Of a stretch of DNA of 64,000 nucleotides, positions 1-12,628 are shown piece by piece. The notes below the pieces were generated by a model. That model saw only the letters and a program-made list of their open reading frames with translations, made no database searches and was not told the DNA's origin. How positions within the stretch are numbered: the stretch's first letter is position 1; each line of letters opens with the position of its first letter. This DNA comes from Raja brachyura. Its lineage: Eukaryota. Made by a program: the position numbers and the translations under genes. Location of the stretch: the NCBI GenBank assembly GCA_963514005.1, contig OY740787.1, positions 71,114,001-71,178,000 on the forward strand, read 5' to 3'.

Positions 1-151
1 ATTTTGTATTTTTTGCTTCGCCGTATTTGTTTATTGTCCTTATACCACAAAACTTCAAAAGGAGCTGTACCAGCCACCTCACATTCAAGAATAACATCAC
101 TGGCTTTAACTACCTCAACAGGTTCAAGTTCCTTTGTAAATGTGGGAGATT
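1..151 (-). CDS. ttn: Titin middle Ig exon, super-repeat 5 position B (truncated by the window edge)
   Basis: cttcag|AATCT acceptor; ESPTFTKELEPVEVVKASDVILECEVAGTAPFEVLWYKDNKQIRRSKKYK. Confidence 0.9.
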
Positions 152-334
152 CTGAAGAGTAAACATGATATCATGATTTACAAATCATAGCCCACTTTTT
201 CCAAGTTTACACAATGTCTCTCGTAAAAAGCCATTGGCAGCAAGAATGTTACGATGCATAAACGATTAAAATAGCAATTTAGTTATCTCCGGAACAGCAT
301 GCCCATTGCAACTGCCAATGAATAAATGCAATAG

Positions 335-1052
335 TATAATACTGCTAAGTCTGAGGTGATGCACCTTCGAAGGGCTAATAAAGGGCAGGACATATGGAAT
401 GCAATGAAAATACCTGATGGGAGTACTTAAAATAGAGAGATCTCAATGTACAAATCTAAGGATTCTTGAAGTGGCATATTTAATACATGGCTTCATTAAC
501 TAGGACGTGATACAAGAGCAGAGATATTTTGGTTAAATATGCTTAATTTTGCTTAACCAGTGGAACTGGTTAAGCCCCACCCAGAGCAGAGGCACAGTTC
601 TGGTGCGTTACTATCTAAGGGATACAATTGCATTGGGGATGATTGACAGAGATGTTGCTTTGGATGGAGTGTTTCAGTTATGAGGACATTAAATAGATTA
701 ATTTTTTCTCTTCCTTGGAGCAAAAGCGGCTGGGGACGTAAGGGTTGATAATGATGTTCAATGTTATGACGGGCATGGGTTGGATAAATAGTAGGACATT
801 TTTCACATAGCAAAGTTATATAAACTACAGAGCAAAGATTTTGGGTAAAGAATAAGATATTTAGCGGAGATCTGTGGAAGACATTTTCAACCAGAGAGTA
901 GGCGGGACCTGGCTTAGTGGAGGCAAATACTCTCACTCACTGTAATGTATCTAGGTTAGCTAAAGACCAAGTGCTATTAAATGGGATTATATTGATAGGT
1001 GAAATTGGCTTGACATGGCAGACCGAGGTGCCTGCTTTATGGTTCTATGACT
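335..1052 (+). mobile_element. Old degenerate CR1-clade LINE 3' fragment
   Basis: Eroded KCEVMH.GR.N, RRLRG and FFTQRVV-like segments, ending ttctatgact; boundaries approximate. Confidence 0.6.
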
Positions 1053-1179
1053 AATTTTAAAACAAAATTAAGAAAAGGAACTCCTTTTCGACTCCAAAGA
1101 AACTCTGAACCTCAAAGTTCATGGATGGGATACCCATAACTCAAAATATGCCAAGGCATCCAACTATGTATAGTTTCTA

Positions 1180-1323
1180 TGTATAAAACTGTCCATATCT
1201 CTAGTTTCCCTTTCCCCTGACTCTCATTCTGAAGAAGGGTCTCGACCCGAAACGTCACCTATTCCTTTTCTCCAGAGATGTTGCCTGACCCGCTGAGTTA
1301 CTCCAGCATTTTGTGACTATCTT
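1180..1323 (+). mobile_element. Penelope-like element 3' end carrying a hammerhead-like core
   Basis: ctgaagaagggtctcgacccgaaacgtcacc...ctgagttactccagcattttgtg, the same terminus as the RT-bearing element ending at 19303. Confidence 0.75.
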
Positions 1324-1404
1324 AGGTTTACCAGAATTATGTTTGGATTCGGGGGTTTCAGCTGCAAGGATAGGTTTTGTGTGTAACTTTGGTAAATCAC
1401 CTAA

Positions 1405-1581
1405 AGTTATGTATTCAAGAGAGATTTGGATATAGCTCTTAGGGGTAATGGAATCAAGTGATATGGAGAGAAAGCAGGAATGGGGTACTGATTCTGGATG
1501 ATCAGCCATGATCATATGGAATACCAGTGCTTGCTCGAAGAGCCGGATGGCCTACTCCTACACCTATTTTCTATGTTTCTA
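1405..1581 (+). mobile_element. CR1 LINE 3' tail
   Basis: gatcagccatgatcat...ggcctactcct...tttctatgtttcta, matching the CR1 3' UTRs elsewhere in the window. Confidence 0.8.
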
Positions 1582-1845
1582 ACTCAGAAGTCTGGACTGC
1601 TTCAGCCAGCTTCCTATTGATAAATCAAATCATTTTTTACCATTAAAGAAAATATTCATATCTTATTGTATGGATCCATCGGAATCAAAAATGAACAATT
1701 AGATGATAAATGTACCATTCGAAAATTTATAAGAATCAGCTCCTTATGTCAAGGTTCTCATTATTCCTTAATTAAATTTTTTTGCAATATGACTGGAAAA
1801 AGATGGTGGACCAATTATCACATATAACTGAGAATTTTTACACAC

Positions 1846-2127
1846 CTTTAACTGTGACTGCAATGTCACAAGATTCACTGCCAGCTTCATTTTCGGCTTT
1901 ACAGGAATAATTCCCTGTGTCATCCAAGCTTACATCAACAATCTCTAAGAATGCCACAGAATCAACAAATGACATTGTATATTTTTCATTGAAACTAATT
2001 TCATGTTGATTCTTGAACCAAGTGACTTTAATTTCAGGTGTGCCAGTTATTTTACACTCAAAACTTGCTGTATCTCCTTTTTTAAATATTGCTGTTGATT
2101 CTAACTTCATAATAAAATATGGAGGTT
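1846..2127 (-). CDS. ttn: Titin middle Ig exon, super-repeat 5 position A (282 bp)
   Basis: EPPYFIMKLESTAIFKKGDT; GT-AG phase 1. Confidence 0.93.
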
Positions 2128-2362
2128 CTGTAGAAAACAACGTTGTAAATGTAACTATACATACAAGTGTCCAAGATGAATCCATTCAACATAAAGAAAA
2201 CCACGTGGACAAAGAACAAAAGAAAACACGAACGAAAGAACAAGAGAAAGCAAAAAAAACCCCATTAAAATAACAAAGAGAAAATTATATAACAAATCAA
2301 AAAGTTCATGCCCACATGTAAACATTCCACAATGGTGAAACAAGCACAGATAAATTGCACAC

Positions 2363-2641
2363 CTTTGATAAAGAGTCTTGCTGCACAAGTGACACTGCCA
2401 ACTCTGTTGCTGATTTCACAAATATAGTCACCCGAATCTGAAACTTTGGCTGAAAACAACTCAAGTAAACTGGTTGAGCCTTCACTTAAAATGAAACAAT
2501 CAGCTCCAGACATCAGTTCCCTGCCATCCTTCAGCCATTTTATAATTATTGGTGCTGTTCCTTTCACAACACTTCTAAACCGCACCGTGGAACCTGGTAA
2601 GCTTTCCTGAGACATAGGTTTTTCTATAAAACCTGGAGGCT
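2363..2641 (-). CDS. ttn: Titin middle Ig exon, super-repeat 4 position F (279 bp)
   Basis: EPPGFIEKPMSQESLPGS; GT-AG phase 1. Confidence 0.93.
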
Positions 2642-2855
2642 CTGAAAGTCAGGTAAAAAAAAAAACACCATTGCAATTTTATGAAGAAAAGTTAAAGGTC
2701 AGATCTAAAATTAATTAAAATAAACTGCAAGCAAGTTTAAATGCTTTGCATGTTAATTTTTGTTGCTATGTTAGCAAGCAAACATCAAAAAATGTAAAAC
2801 CGTATAAATATGAATAAGATATAAACTGAGCTGAAAGTAAATTAAACTTTCAAAC

Positions 2856-3143
2856 CTGTTATATTTAAGAAACCACTGCTTTCATCACTTCCAACTGAAT
2901 TAGTTGCTTTGCAAATATAAGTTCCACGATCTGAAATCTCTAGTTCATCAAATTCCAAAGTTGTTGTGTTATCTTGATATAATAGTTTGTATTTTTCACT
3001 AGATGTTATTAATTTGAAATCCTTATACCAAGAAAAGACCATTGGAAGAGAACCAGAAACTTTGCAGTCCATTTGCACAGACGATCCTAAAACAATGTCC
3101 ATTTTCCGTAATTTTCGTGTGAACACTGGAGGAATTAGTTGAT
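2856..3143 (-). CDS. ttn: Titin middle Ig exon, super-repeat 4 position E (288 bp)
   Basis: DQLIPPVFTRKLRKMD; GT-AG phase 1. Confidence 0.93.
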
Positions 3144-4145
3144 CTGTCCAAGATACCAAAAGCACAGCTGATCAACCCAAAGAGCAAATGCTTTAAATTA
3201 ATTAAATCAATTGTTTTTTTGTTCCTAGTAAGAAACGTTTGTATGTATTAGCATGTTTCAATAACGCACCCAAATAAAACCCTAAAACAGCTGATGTTCA
3301 TTATCCCACTATTATGGAACATGGAATTTGCAATCATCAATGACCATCCTCATTGCTAACTGCCATACAACATTTTGGATTTGTTTATTGGATTTCGCAC
3401 ACAAGAGTACTCAGCTCATTCCCTTATTGCGACACTCTCCATGACAGCAAATCTATGGTGATGCAATGGGATTGTATCAGAGAGTGGAACCAAATAGCCT
3501 TACCCACGGAAAAGCTTGAAACAAATTGACAACTGGCTATGCCTCATTCTTGGCTTATTAAGTGCCAATTGCTAAACACTCTTGCTGAATGATGCGAAGG
3601 TACAGAAACAATCAGAAATATATATGTTTTAAACTACTGGAAAGCTTTTCAAACTTTAAAACTGTTAAATATTTTAAAATGTTAAAAAGAAAATTAAGTT
3701 TAAAGAATAAATCTGCCTAAAATACTCAAATAGATTGCAATATATCAATTACCTCAAATACCTCAATGTTTCTTGATTGAAATTATTGAAGGGAATATTG
3801 AATTTCCCTTCAATAATTTCAATGGAGAAGCATTGCCTGTGTCTCCAGGCATATATTCAATTTAAAAACGACTTTGAATTGCTGACTCCAAACGTGAGGA
3901 CTTGCATCTCTGTGTGGAAATCGCAAAGTTGACATAGTTATTATCGAGGTGAATCCAATATTTCCCTGCGGATTTGGGTATTACAAAGACCATGGCGATC
4001 AATAAACCGTATGAAGACAAAAGAGCATGCTGCTGTTGGAATCTGGAGCATCATTGTGTATTTCCTGTGAGTACCCAGCTGAGAATTCCGACCTTGGCAG
4101 TGCTTGAATGAGAGACCATCCAAGAATACCAGTGTAATAGCCTTA

Positions 4146-4336
4146 AGGGCCTGTCCCAATTGGACGTCATTTGCACTTCACGCAGATGGCACGTGAAGAT
4201 TTTGTACATACCAAATTCCTGGGGCATCGCGCGTCACTGCCTACATCACCACGCACCATGCGCACATCATGCGTCGTGACGTGTAATTGATGACACGTAA
4301 ATTACGCGCAAATGACGCCCAAGTGGGACAGGCCCT
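4146..4336. mobile_element. PIF/Harbinger-like MITE
   Basis: TIRs agggcctgtccca / tgggacaggccct, TTA on both flanks, palindromic CpG-rich interior. Confidence 0.75.
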
Positions 4337-4537
4337 TTACTGCCTGGAGAGTTGCAAGACGTAACCAACATACTCGATTCAGTAAGAATCTGTTATAAAG
4401 TGTTTAAAAAAAAAAACTACAGCCTTTATATTTGCCGATGATCAATGTGAACACAATTTCATTAGTTTTAAGCAAAATTTCAATTGGCACTAGATTATTT
4501 AAATTAGTCAAATTCAAATAGCAAATAAAACACTAAC

Positions 4538-4816
4538 CTAATACTGTCAATGAAGCTTTACAGCTGCTCATTCCAAACTTATTCTTGACTTCAAAAGTAT
4601 ATTCACCAGTGTCATCATTAGAAACAGAAAGAATCTTCAGGCTGATCACGTTATGATCAAAGCTGATTTTGTGTTTTCTGCTAGACACCATTTCATTGCC
4701 ATCCTTAAAACATTTAACATTTAGTTCTGGTGTACCAGTTACAGTACATTCCAGGTTTGCTGTATTTCCTGCTGTCACACTGAGTGACTGTGCTTGTTCA
4801 ATGATTTTTGCTGGTT
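4538..4816 (-). CDS. ttn: Titin middle Ig exon, super-repeat 4 position D (279 bp); core Trp replaced by Cys
   Basis: EPAKIIEQAQSLSVTAGNTANLECTVTGTPELNVKCFKDG; GT-AG phase 1. Confidence 0.92.
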
Positions 4817-4938
4817 CTATGAGGAAAAATAAATCTCTTCAATATGTTACTAAAATTAATTTGACTTTAGTTGATGCAGTTCAAAATAATCTGAACTCAC
4901 CACTGATTAAAATGGAAGCTAACCAATATCCCACTGAC

Positions 4939-5217
4939 CTGCTACCAACAATGCGGCAATGCACTTCTCAGTTCCTGCGTCATTCTTGACCTGGCACGTG
5001 TACTTTCCAGCATGATTTTCTCCAACAGCATTTATTTGAAGAGCAGCAATATTATTCTCAAAAGACAAAGTAATATTACCATCTTCTTGGATAATACTTC
5101 TATCTTTCATCCAAGTTATGTAAATAGGCTTTGAGCCTTTTACTTGACATTGGAATACCACTGAATTGCCTGACAATACGGTTATATTTTCAATCTTCTT
5201 TATAAATCCTGGGGGTT
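4939..5217 (-). CDS. ttn: Titin middle Ig exon, super-repeat 4 position C (279 bp)
   Basis: EPPGFIKKIENITVLSG; GT-AG phase 1. Confidence 0.93.
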
Positions 5218-5375
5218 CTAATTTAAAACAAAGGATTATAAAACATGAATTTTCATTTTGGCTTTTCATTATGGTGTTGAAATGTTTTAATCCAATAGTA
5301 AGAATTCTTTCAAAAATAATTGAGCACTGGATGTAAATAGAAGAAAAATATATTTCCACAAATACAATAACTAAC

Positions 5376-5654
5376 CTTTCATACTGACTGTAGAATTGCA
5401 TGAGCAACTTCCCACATCATTTTTTACTGTACATTTGTATTCAGCAACATCCAAGGTATCGGGTGTTAAAATGCAAAGATTGACTAATGAATTGTCTGAG
5501 AACATTTTATACTTTTTGCTGCGTCGAATTTGTTTATTGTCCTTATACCACATAACATCAAAGGGAGCTGTACCAGTCACCTCACATTCAAGAGTAATAT
5601 CACTAGCTTTAGTTATCTCAACAGATTCAAGTTTCTTTACAAATGAAGGAGGTT
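5376..5654 (-). CDS. ttn: Titin middle Ig exon, super-repeat 4 position B (279 bp)
   Basis: EPPSFVKKLESVEITKASD; GT-AG phase 1. Confidence 0.93.
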
Positions 5655-5740
5655 CTGAAGAGTAAAAGATAACAATGTGGCTTAGAAAACAATCAAATGC
5701 CGAAGAGTTCAATATCTCTTTAAAATATTGCTTTACACAC

Positions 5741-6022
5741 CTTTAACCTGAATCACAATGTTGCTGCTGTTAACGCCAGCTTCATTCTGTGCTTCACATG
5801 AGTAATCTCCACTATCTTCCTCCTTTACATCAGCAATCTCAAGAACTGCCAATGAGTTTTGGAATGATATTGAATATTTGTCACTGGTTCTAATATCTTG
5901 GTTATTTCTATACCATGTTACTGTGATTTCAGGTGAACCAGTGATTTTGCACTCAAAACGTGCAAATTCTCCTTGCTTCAGAGTTGATGAAGAAGGTAAT
6001 TTTGTAACAAAGGTCGGAGGCT
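5741..6022 (-). CDS. ttn: Titin middle Ig exon, super-repeat 4 position A (282 bp)
   Basis: EPPTFVTKLPSSSTLKQGE; GT-AG phase 1. Confidence 0.93.
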
Positions 6023-6209
6023 CTGAGAAATGAAAGGTAGCACACTTGAATAGTGGAACTACAAAGTCAAATAAAGTAGACAAAGGATATGGAATCACCT
6101 TCTGGTAAACGTCACTCATCTTTGAGTGTAAGAAAGCTAAGGATCAATAACAGCGTTAAAAATGTAACACAAAACCTATTTACTAATGAAATTAACAAAA
6201 ATTGCAAAC

Positions 6210-6488
6210 CTTTGATGATAACATTTGCAGTACTAATGACTGAACCAGCTTCATTGGCGAGTTGACAGTTGTAAACACCGGCATCAGTAATTTTAGTAGA
6301 AATTAGCTCAAGGAAGTGTGTTGTTTCTTCATTCCAGATCGAACATCTTGTGCCAGGTTTTAATTCCCTATTATCCTTAAACCACTTAACAAATAGTGGA
6401 AGAGTTCCTTTCACAATGCTTTTAAACTGTAGCGTAGAACCAAGCACAATATCTTGGGACACTGGCTTTTCTATAAAGATCGGTGGTT
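6210..6488 (-). CDS. ttn: Titin middle Ig exon, super-repeat 3 position F (279 bp)
   Basis: EPPIFIEKPVSQDIVLGS; GT-AG phase 1. Confidence 0.93.
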
Positions 6489-7224
6489 CTAAAAGTCATT
6501 TAAAAAAATGTTATTTAGTAAGATCAACAGAAGTAAAAATACTAATACTTCTAAAATTAGTTATACTGCTCTAACACTTTGTTACTGAACACATAGTCAA
6601 AATATTTTAGGAAGTTGAATATATATAATTTATCTATATTGAAAAGAAAACAAAGAAACGGACAATATTGGGAGAAATATTGATTTCCCCCACCCAGGTT
6701 TCACTGCATATCCATACTAATTTGTCTGGATGTGGAAAACATAACTTGCTGGCCTGATTCATCCGAGACTCCACTGGCATGGTTTGGATGATAGCAAAGC
6801 CGCCAATGATTCATGAAAAGGCAGCAAAGGTCCACCCTACAGCTCTGCCATCAGTAAAAGTCACAAATGACTTTAAATAGTTTTGAGCTGTTTACAGAAA
6901 GATTAAAATAAATTAAAAAAAATAAAAACATTAAAAGATATCTGGGAGATAATAAAGGTATTAAGCTAACATTAAGTAATCAAGTAACTCAGCCAATTTG
7001 CCTTCTAATACAAAGGTTTCAAAGCCCATTGAAATTAACAGAGTCTCTGGTCCTGTGTTCATATGGAGTCCAGAGCAGAGTGAACCATCACATTTGGATT
7101 TATGATCATTTAAACAGATAAATGCAGTGATTCTGGGCCTCTGTTTTTAGCCAACACAAGTTTCAGCCTATTTTAACAAAACAAATTAGCACAGAAGTTG
7201 ATTAAAATAAGGGTATCTTCAAAC

Positions 7225-7512
7225 CTTTTATAGTAAGAAATCCACTGCATTTACTACTTCCAGCAGCATTTGTTGCTTTGCAAGAGTAATTTCCACCATC
7301 AGTGATTTCAAGTTCTTTGATCTCCAAAAATGCAGTATTTTCTTCAAATGAAATGTTATATTTGTGACTAGTCATTATTTCTGTGTTATCTTTGTACCAA
7401 GATATGCTGATTGGAAGAGAACCAGATACTTTGCACTCCATGTGCATTAAGGATCCCAAATTAGTATCCATTTTCTTTAAACTTTTTGTAAAAGATGGAG
7501 CAATGATCCGAT
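7225..7512 (-). CDS. ttn: Titin middle Ig exon, super-repeat 3 position E (288 bp)
   Basis: DRIIAPSFTKSLKKMD; GT-AG phase 1. Confidence 0.93.
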
Positions 7513-7802
7513 CTATATAATACAGAACAAAATAAAAATCTTGAAACATCCATTGTAAGATTTTTGAGTTATCCTCCCGATCAGAAACTGGATGGTAACA
7601 GAATTAAAATGTAAAAGGTGGAAGTGCGACAACTTCTACTGCAGAGCAGAAATGTGTGTCAACTGGTGTAATGTTTCTGATCTCATGATACACTGGTAAT
7701 TCGATGTAATACCATAACCTACTGAGCAGGAGATGTGGTAAACATGCTCCACTCAATAACAATTGAATGATGAGCACAATTGTGACAGTACTGATCATTA
7801 TA

Positions 7803-8670
7803 TACACGGTAAACCTTCTCTCGAACGGACAATCGGGAGGGGGGGGGGGGGGGGGCATGAAGTCCATTATTGCCAATTCTCTGTCATAATCGAGTAAGGT
7901 GTTATAATTATATGTAGTTGAAACACAAAACTGCAGATGATGGTTAATACACAAAAGAACGCAAAGTGCTGGAATAACTCAGCAGGTCAGGCACAGATAG
8001 GTGATATCAAGACCCTTCTTCTGACAGATTCAATCTGCTGAGTTACTCCAGCACTTTGTGTTGCTTCACTTTAAAACTAGGTGCCGATACCACAATTCTA
8101 CACCAGCAAGCCCTTCTTCAATGGTTTATTGTGGCTCATGTTGTAGCCCCTGGGTGCAGCCCTCTCTTCAGGCTGCTGCCAATGACAATAAAAGCTCAAT
8201 AAACGCTTTTAATGTGGACAATGTCAGCGACTCCAAGGAAGAAGGAGAAGGAGGTCCGGGGTGGGGGCGGGGGGTGTTATGGAGAGGCCATAACACCCCC
8301 CGCCAATTGGCAATAATGGATTGTCTACTTTAGGCCATAGAGGCCTAAAATAGACAGAGGGATGGAAGTAGGAAGCAGCGGTTGTACAGGGAACGCCAAA
8401 TGGAAGAAGTAGCTGCAGGTGAGAGGGGAGTGAGCCCCATGGTGATCGAGCGCGTCCTGAAGGTGGCGGCGGACTGAAGAAAGCACTGTTCCCAGGGCTA
8501 CATGAGCTGCAACAACAGCAGTATCACCTGGACCACGGGGTGGGCGAAGAAGGGCTTACGTCGGACAGGGACCCTCGGAAACCTGTGCTCTAGGCAGCTG
8601 GGTAGGCGGTGCGAGTCAGGGGTCTGTCTTCTATAACCGAAATCCATTAAAATGAGGATTTCGGTTATAA
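7803..8670. mobile_element. Composite non-autonomous element containing a Penelope-end fold-back; related to 52600-53197
   Basis: ttcactttaaaactagg...gcccttcttca...ggctca block recurs inverted at ~52800-52908; inverted Penelope-end copies at 7961-8060; boundaries uncertain. Confidence 0.45.
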
Positions 8671-8831
8671 ATTTTGTGTGGATTTAGAAGACAATATGTT
8701 GAATAAATAAATTTGATTTAAAAGTATTTAAAGTATAATCTTCTTAGACTGTCTTCAAATTATACTGAACCCTTTCAGCTGCTATTATAAAATGTACTAT
8801 CAATGATTTCAACACATAGAAAATCACCAAC

Positions 8832-9110
8832 CTAGCACTGTCAATGAAGTTGTGCAGCTGCTGTGTCCGAACTCATTCTGTACTTCAAAAGAATATTCCC
8901 CACTATCATCCTTATCAACAGACTGTATCTTTAGGACTGCCACCTTATTCAAGAAAGTCACTTTGTATTTCCTGCTGGATGCCAATTCATTTTGATTCTT
9001 GAACCATCGAACTTTCAGTTCTGGAGTACCAGCAACAACACATTCCAAGATTGCCAGTGTTCCTGAGGTTACACTTAAAGGCTCTGGTTTCTCTACAATT
9101 TGCGCAGGTT
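8832..9110 (-). CDS. ttn: Titin middle Ig exon, super-repeat 3 position D (279 bp)
   Basis: EPAQIVEKPEPLSVTSG; GT-AG phase 1. Confidence 0.93.
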
Positions 9111-9219
9111 CTGCAAGAAAAACCATACATTCTCAATTGATGACGTTAAAAAAATCATTTTTCTCTTGCACTCATCATACATGACTGAAATTTACAAAGG
9201 GCAAGTGCATCATACCAAC

Positions 9220-9498
9220 CTGTTACTGACAAAGTTGCAAAACACTTCTCAGTTCCTGCATCATTCGAAGCCTGACATGTGTACTTTCCACTATGATTTG
9301 ATTCAATAGAAGCAATGTGCAGTACGGCAATACTGTTCTCAAAAGATATCTTAATATTTTCATCTTCTCTGATTTCATCTTTGTCCTTCATCCATGTGAC
9401 ATATATGGGAGTTGAGCCTTCTATTTGGCTGTTAAAACTGGCTGAATTTCCAGACAATGTGGTAACATTTTCAATCCCTTTCACAAAGGAGGGTGGTT
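9220..9498 (-). CDS. ttn: Titin middle Ig exon, super-repeat 3 position C (279 bp)
   Basis: EPPSFVKGIENVTTLSG; GT-AG phase 1. Confidence 0.93.
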
Positions 9499-9651
9499 CT
9501 GATTTAGAGTTAAGAATTGTGTTAATTCGATGTAAGAATCAGACTCTCAGCAACTTTGCATGTTATAGCCATAAAATCAAGTAGCAATGAAATCCAAAAT
9601 GGATATATTAAAAATATGAAAATATAAAATGGCTGGCATTTAATAACTGAC

Positions 9652-9930
9652 CTTTTAATCTGACTACAGCAGCACAAGTACAACTTCCCACGTCATTTCT
9701 TGCTTCACACTGGTATTCACCAGCATCTGAATTATCAACTTTCTGAATAAAAAGACTAGTTAAAGATTTTCCAGTCGTCATCTTGAATTTTATACTTGAC
9801 TGAATTTGCTTATTGTCCTTATACCAAGTCACATCAAATGGACTTGTACCAGAAATGTCACATTCAAGACTGATGTCATTTCCTTTCACTACCTCAATAG
9901 GTTGCAGTTTCTTGCTAAAAGAAGGAGGTT
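9652..9930 (-). CDS. ttn: Titin middle Ig exon, super-repeat 3 position B (279 bp)
   Basis: EPPSFSKKLQPIEVVKG; GT-AG phase 1. Confidence 0.92.
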
Positions 9931-10032
9931 CTTTTAAAAAAAAAGGAAAAGAATTAAGGTACCTGATCAGATAATACATATCGCTGGAAAATAAGTTTTC
10001 AAAATCTGTCATTACATTTTATGATCACACAC

Positions 10033-10314
10033 CTTTAACAGTAACTGTAACATTGCAGTTGTCAAAGCCAGCTTCATTCTCTGCTCTACAAGTGTAATAT
10101 CCACTGTCTTCCACACTGACATTATTAAGTTCAAGAACAGATTTGGAATCAGTAAAGGACATCCTGAATTTGTCACTTGGGAGAATTTCACTTTCTTGTT
10201 TGTACCAATTGACTTTAATCTCCGGTGTACCAGTTATAGTACACTCTAGAGATGTTGAACTTCCTTTTTTCAATAATGTTATACGATCTGGTTTCTTAAT
10301 GAAGTTTGGAGGCT
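10033..10314 (-). CDS. ttn: Titin middle Ig exon, super-repeat 3 position A (282 bp)
   Basis: EPPNFIKKPDRITLLKKGSS; GT-AG phase 1. Confidence 0.93.
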
Positions 10315-10689
10315 CTATAAACCAAAATGCAATGAAATTAATGAGAAAATAAAACAAAAGATTTTATGTAAACTTAATAAATACGTTGGAATAATATAGT
10401 TGATTAGCATGACAAAAGCATTATCATAAAGATCAGGGAGAAAATGGGTCATCTGTCATAGATTTATGTTTTACATTTTAAACAACATGAAATGCAATTC
10501 ACTAACACATGTAAAGACACAGAAAAATGACACATCACAAGCTAAAAATGGTTTGGAAAGTTTGGAAATGGTTTATCTCGAGTCCTATCCATCCATATTA
10601 AAATCTTAGCTCTGTGCCTAATCCCCACAAATGCACTAATCTTCACTTATCATGATTATCATGGTTTTCACTTATGATTTTCAAATAAT

Positions 10690-11290
10690 GATAGCTGGAC
10701 AAGTGGGTTGAGGAATAGCTGATAGATTTTAATGGAGGTGTTGCATTTTGGGAGGTCAAACAGGGAAAGACCCCCATGGTGAATTGTAGGGCCTTGTGGA
10801 GTGTTGTAGAGCAGAGGGATCTAGGAAAATAGCCTCAGGTTTATAGGATGGTCAAGGTTGCTTTTGGTTCATTGGCTTTCTTCCAGTCAGGATATTGATT
10901 ATAGAAGTTGAGATGTTATGTTACAGTTGAACAACACCTTGGGGAGGCCGCATTGGAATATTATGTTCAGTTCTGGTCAACTTGTTATAGGAAAGATGTT
11001 AAGAGTGCAGAGAAAATTTACCAGGATATTTCCAGGACTCGACAACCTGAGCTATATGGAGAGGTTGGGCAGTCTAGGACTTTATTCCTCAGAGTGTAGG
11101 AGGCTGAGGGGTAATCTTATAGGTATATAAAATCATGAGGGGAAAAGTTATGGTGAATGCACGGAGTCTTTTACGTTGAGTAGGGGAATCAAACACCAGA
11201 GGACGTAGGTTTAAGGTGAAAGCGGAAAGATATAATAGGATCCTGATATGAACAAGCTACCAGAGGAGTTTGTTGAGGTTAGTACTGTAA
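10690..11290 (+). mobile_element. Degenerate CR1 LINE ORF2 3' fragment
   Basis: LEYYVQFWS, ERLGSLGLYS.ECRRLRGNLI motifs with frameshifts. Confidence 0.8.
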
Positions 11291-11948
11291 CAAAGGTTGG
11301 AGCATGATCTGTTGAAAGGAATTTATATGTCAAACTATTCTGCTTAATTTCAGGAGAATATCTCCTTAATTCTTAAAAAGACAAGAGTGAGAAAACAAAG
11401 GAAAGACCCTCCTGCGCATACAATGCTACAGGGATGACTTGGCACCATTAAGATTGGATGGCGCCTCTGCAGTAGAAGTTGGGCAAACCAGTAAACCCAA
11501 GTTGCGGCCTCACTATCAAACCATGCCTATTTATGGACTGCCTCTCATGAAGTTTTCTTTTGTGATAATTCTACTATCTTAACTTTAATGTTCTGTGAAT
11601 TATACGTCTTTGTTCATGCTGCATTGAATTGGTCAGCACCGTGTACTCAAATATACATTTAATTATAGAAGTAAAATTGCAAAAAGGAATGAGTATTTTT
11701 TAACTAAAGAACTTGACACTAAACAATCTTTGTCTGTTTATCTTGTTCCATAGCAAGTGCGCAAGGTATATTTTTTACATAATTGGAGTGCACAATTGTT
11801 GTTATCTAACAAGGGAATAATTATAAAAATAAAATATTCCTGACTGCTTTCCATTGACTTGCTCACACAAAAAAAAGTTGAAGATGAAAAATATAAATAG
11901 ATATTGATTTTGCAGATTTCAAAGGCAGCATATGGTGCAAGCCCCTAA

Positions 11949-12628
11949 TGGGCCTGTCCCTCGTAGGCGAATTTTCAGGTGACTGTTGGCGACTGTCAGA
12001 GTGGAACACAATCACATCGCAGGCAGGCAACGGGGCAAGCAGGGGGAGCTCTGTCTAAAATTCACACGGTACAAAGCCAAGGTGATACAGACACACAGAA
12101 GGTTGGCTAAAGCACAGTGTACTGTAAGTCATTAAAAAGAGGTGGAAGGGGGTGGGGGGGGGGGGAAGGGGGAAGAAGGAGTGGAGACAACTTTCAAGAA
12201 GCCAGACAACTTTTAAGAAGCCAGAGATACACGGCTGTGAAGTTCGGCGGACATTTAACATTACCGGTTGGTTATCCTTGGTTCTGAAAACTACTGCTTA
12301 CTTTTTTTCCCCCAAAGAAATTCACCGGTCAGCACCGGCTACAACCTACGAGAATCTTCGACCTCCTGGCAACCCACTAGGACCTCCTGGCGACCCACCT
12401 ACGGCACGAGAATTCTTGCTACTCTCCATGGCGTCTTCATTCATTTTTCAACATGTTTAAAAATTCACGGTGACCGTAATGAGGCCGCGACTAGTTCCCA
12501 TAATGCAGGAACTCCTCATGACCATGAAGGCATCTCCCCGGCAACCACCCGCGAACATGCGGCGACCATGTGGCGACTGCACAGACTCCAGCAGTCACCT
12601 AAAAAGTCGCCTAAGTGGGATAGGCCCA
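11949..12628. mobile_element. PIF/Harbinger-like non-autonomous DNA transposon
   Basis: TIRs tgggcctgtccc / gggataggccca flanked by TAA/TTA; same TIR family as 4146. Confidence 0.7.

Noticed and set aside
7838-7855. Poly-G run (also ~12147-12172) as a functional G-quadruplex
   Set aside because: Homopolymers inside transposon-derived sequence, with no evidence of function.
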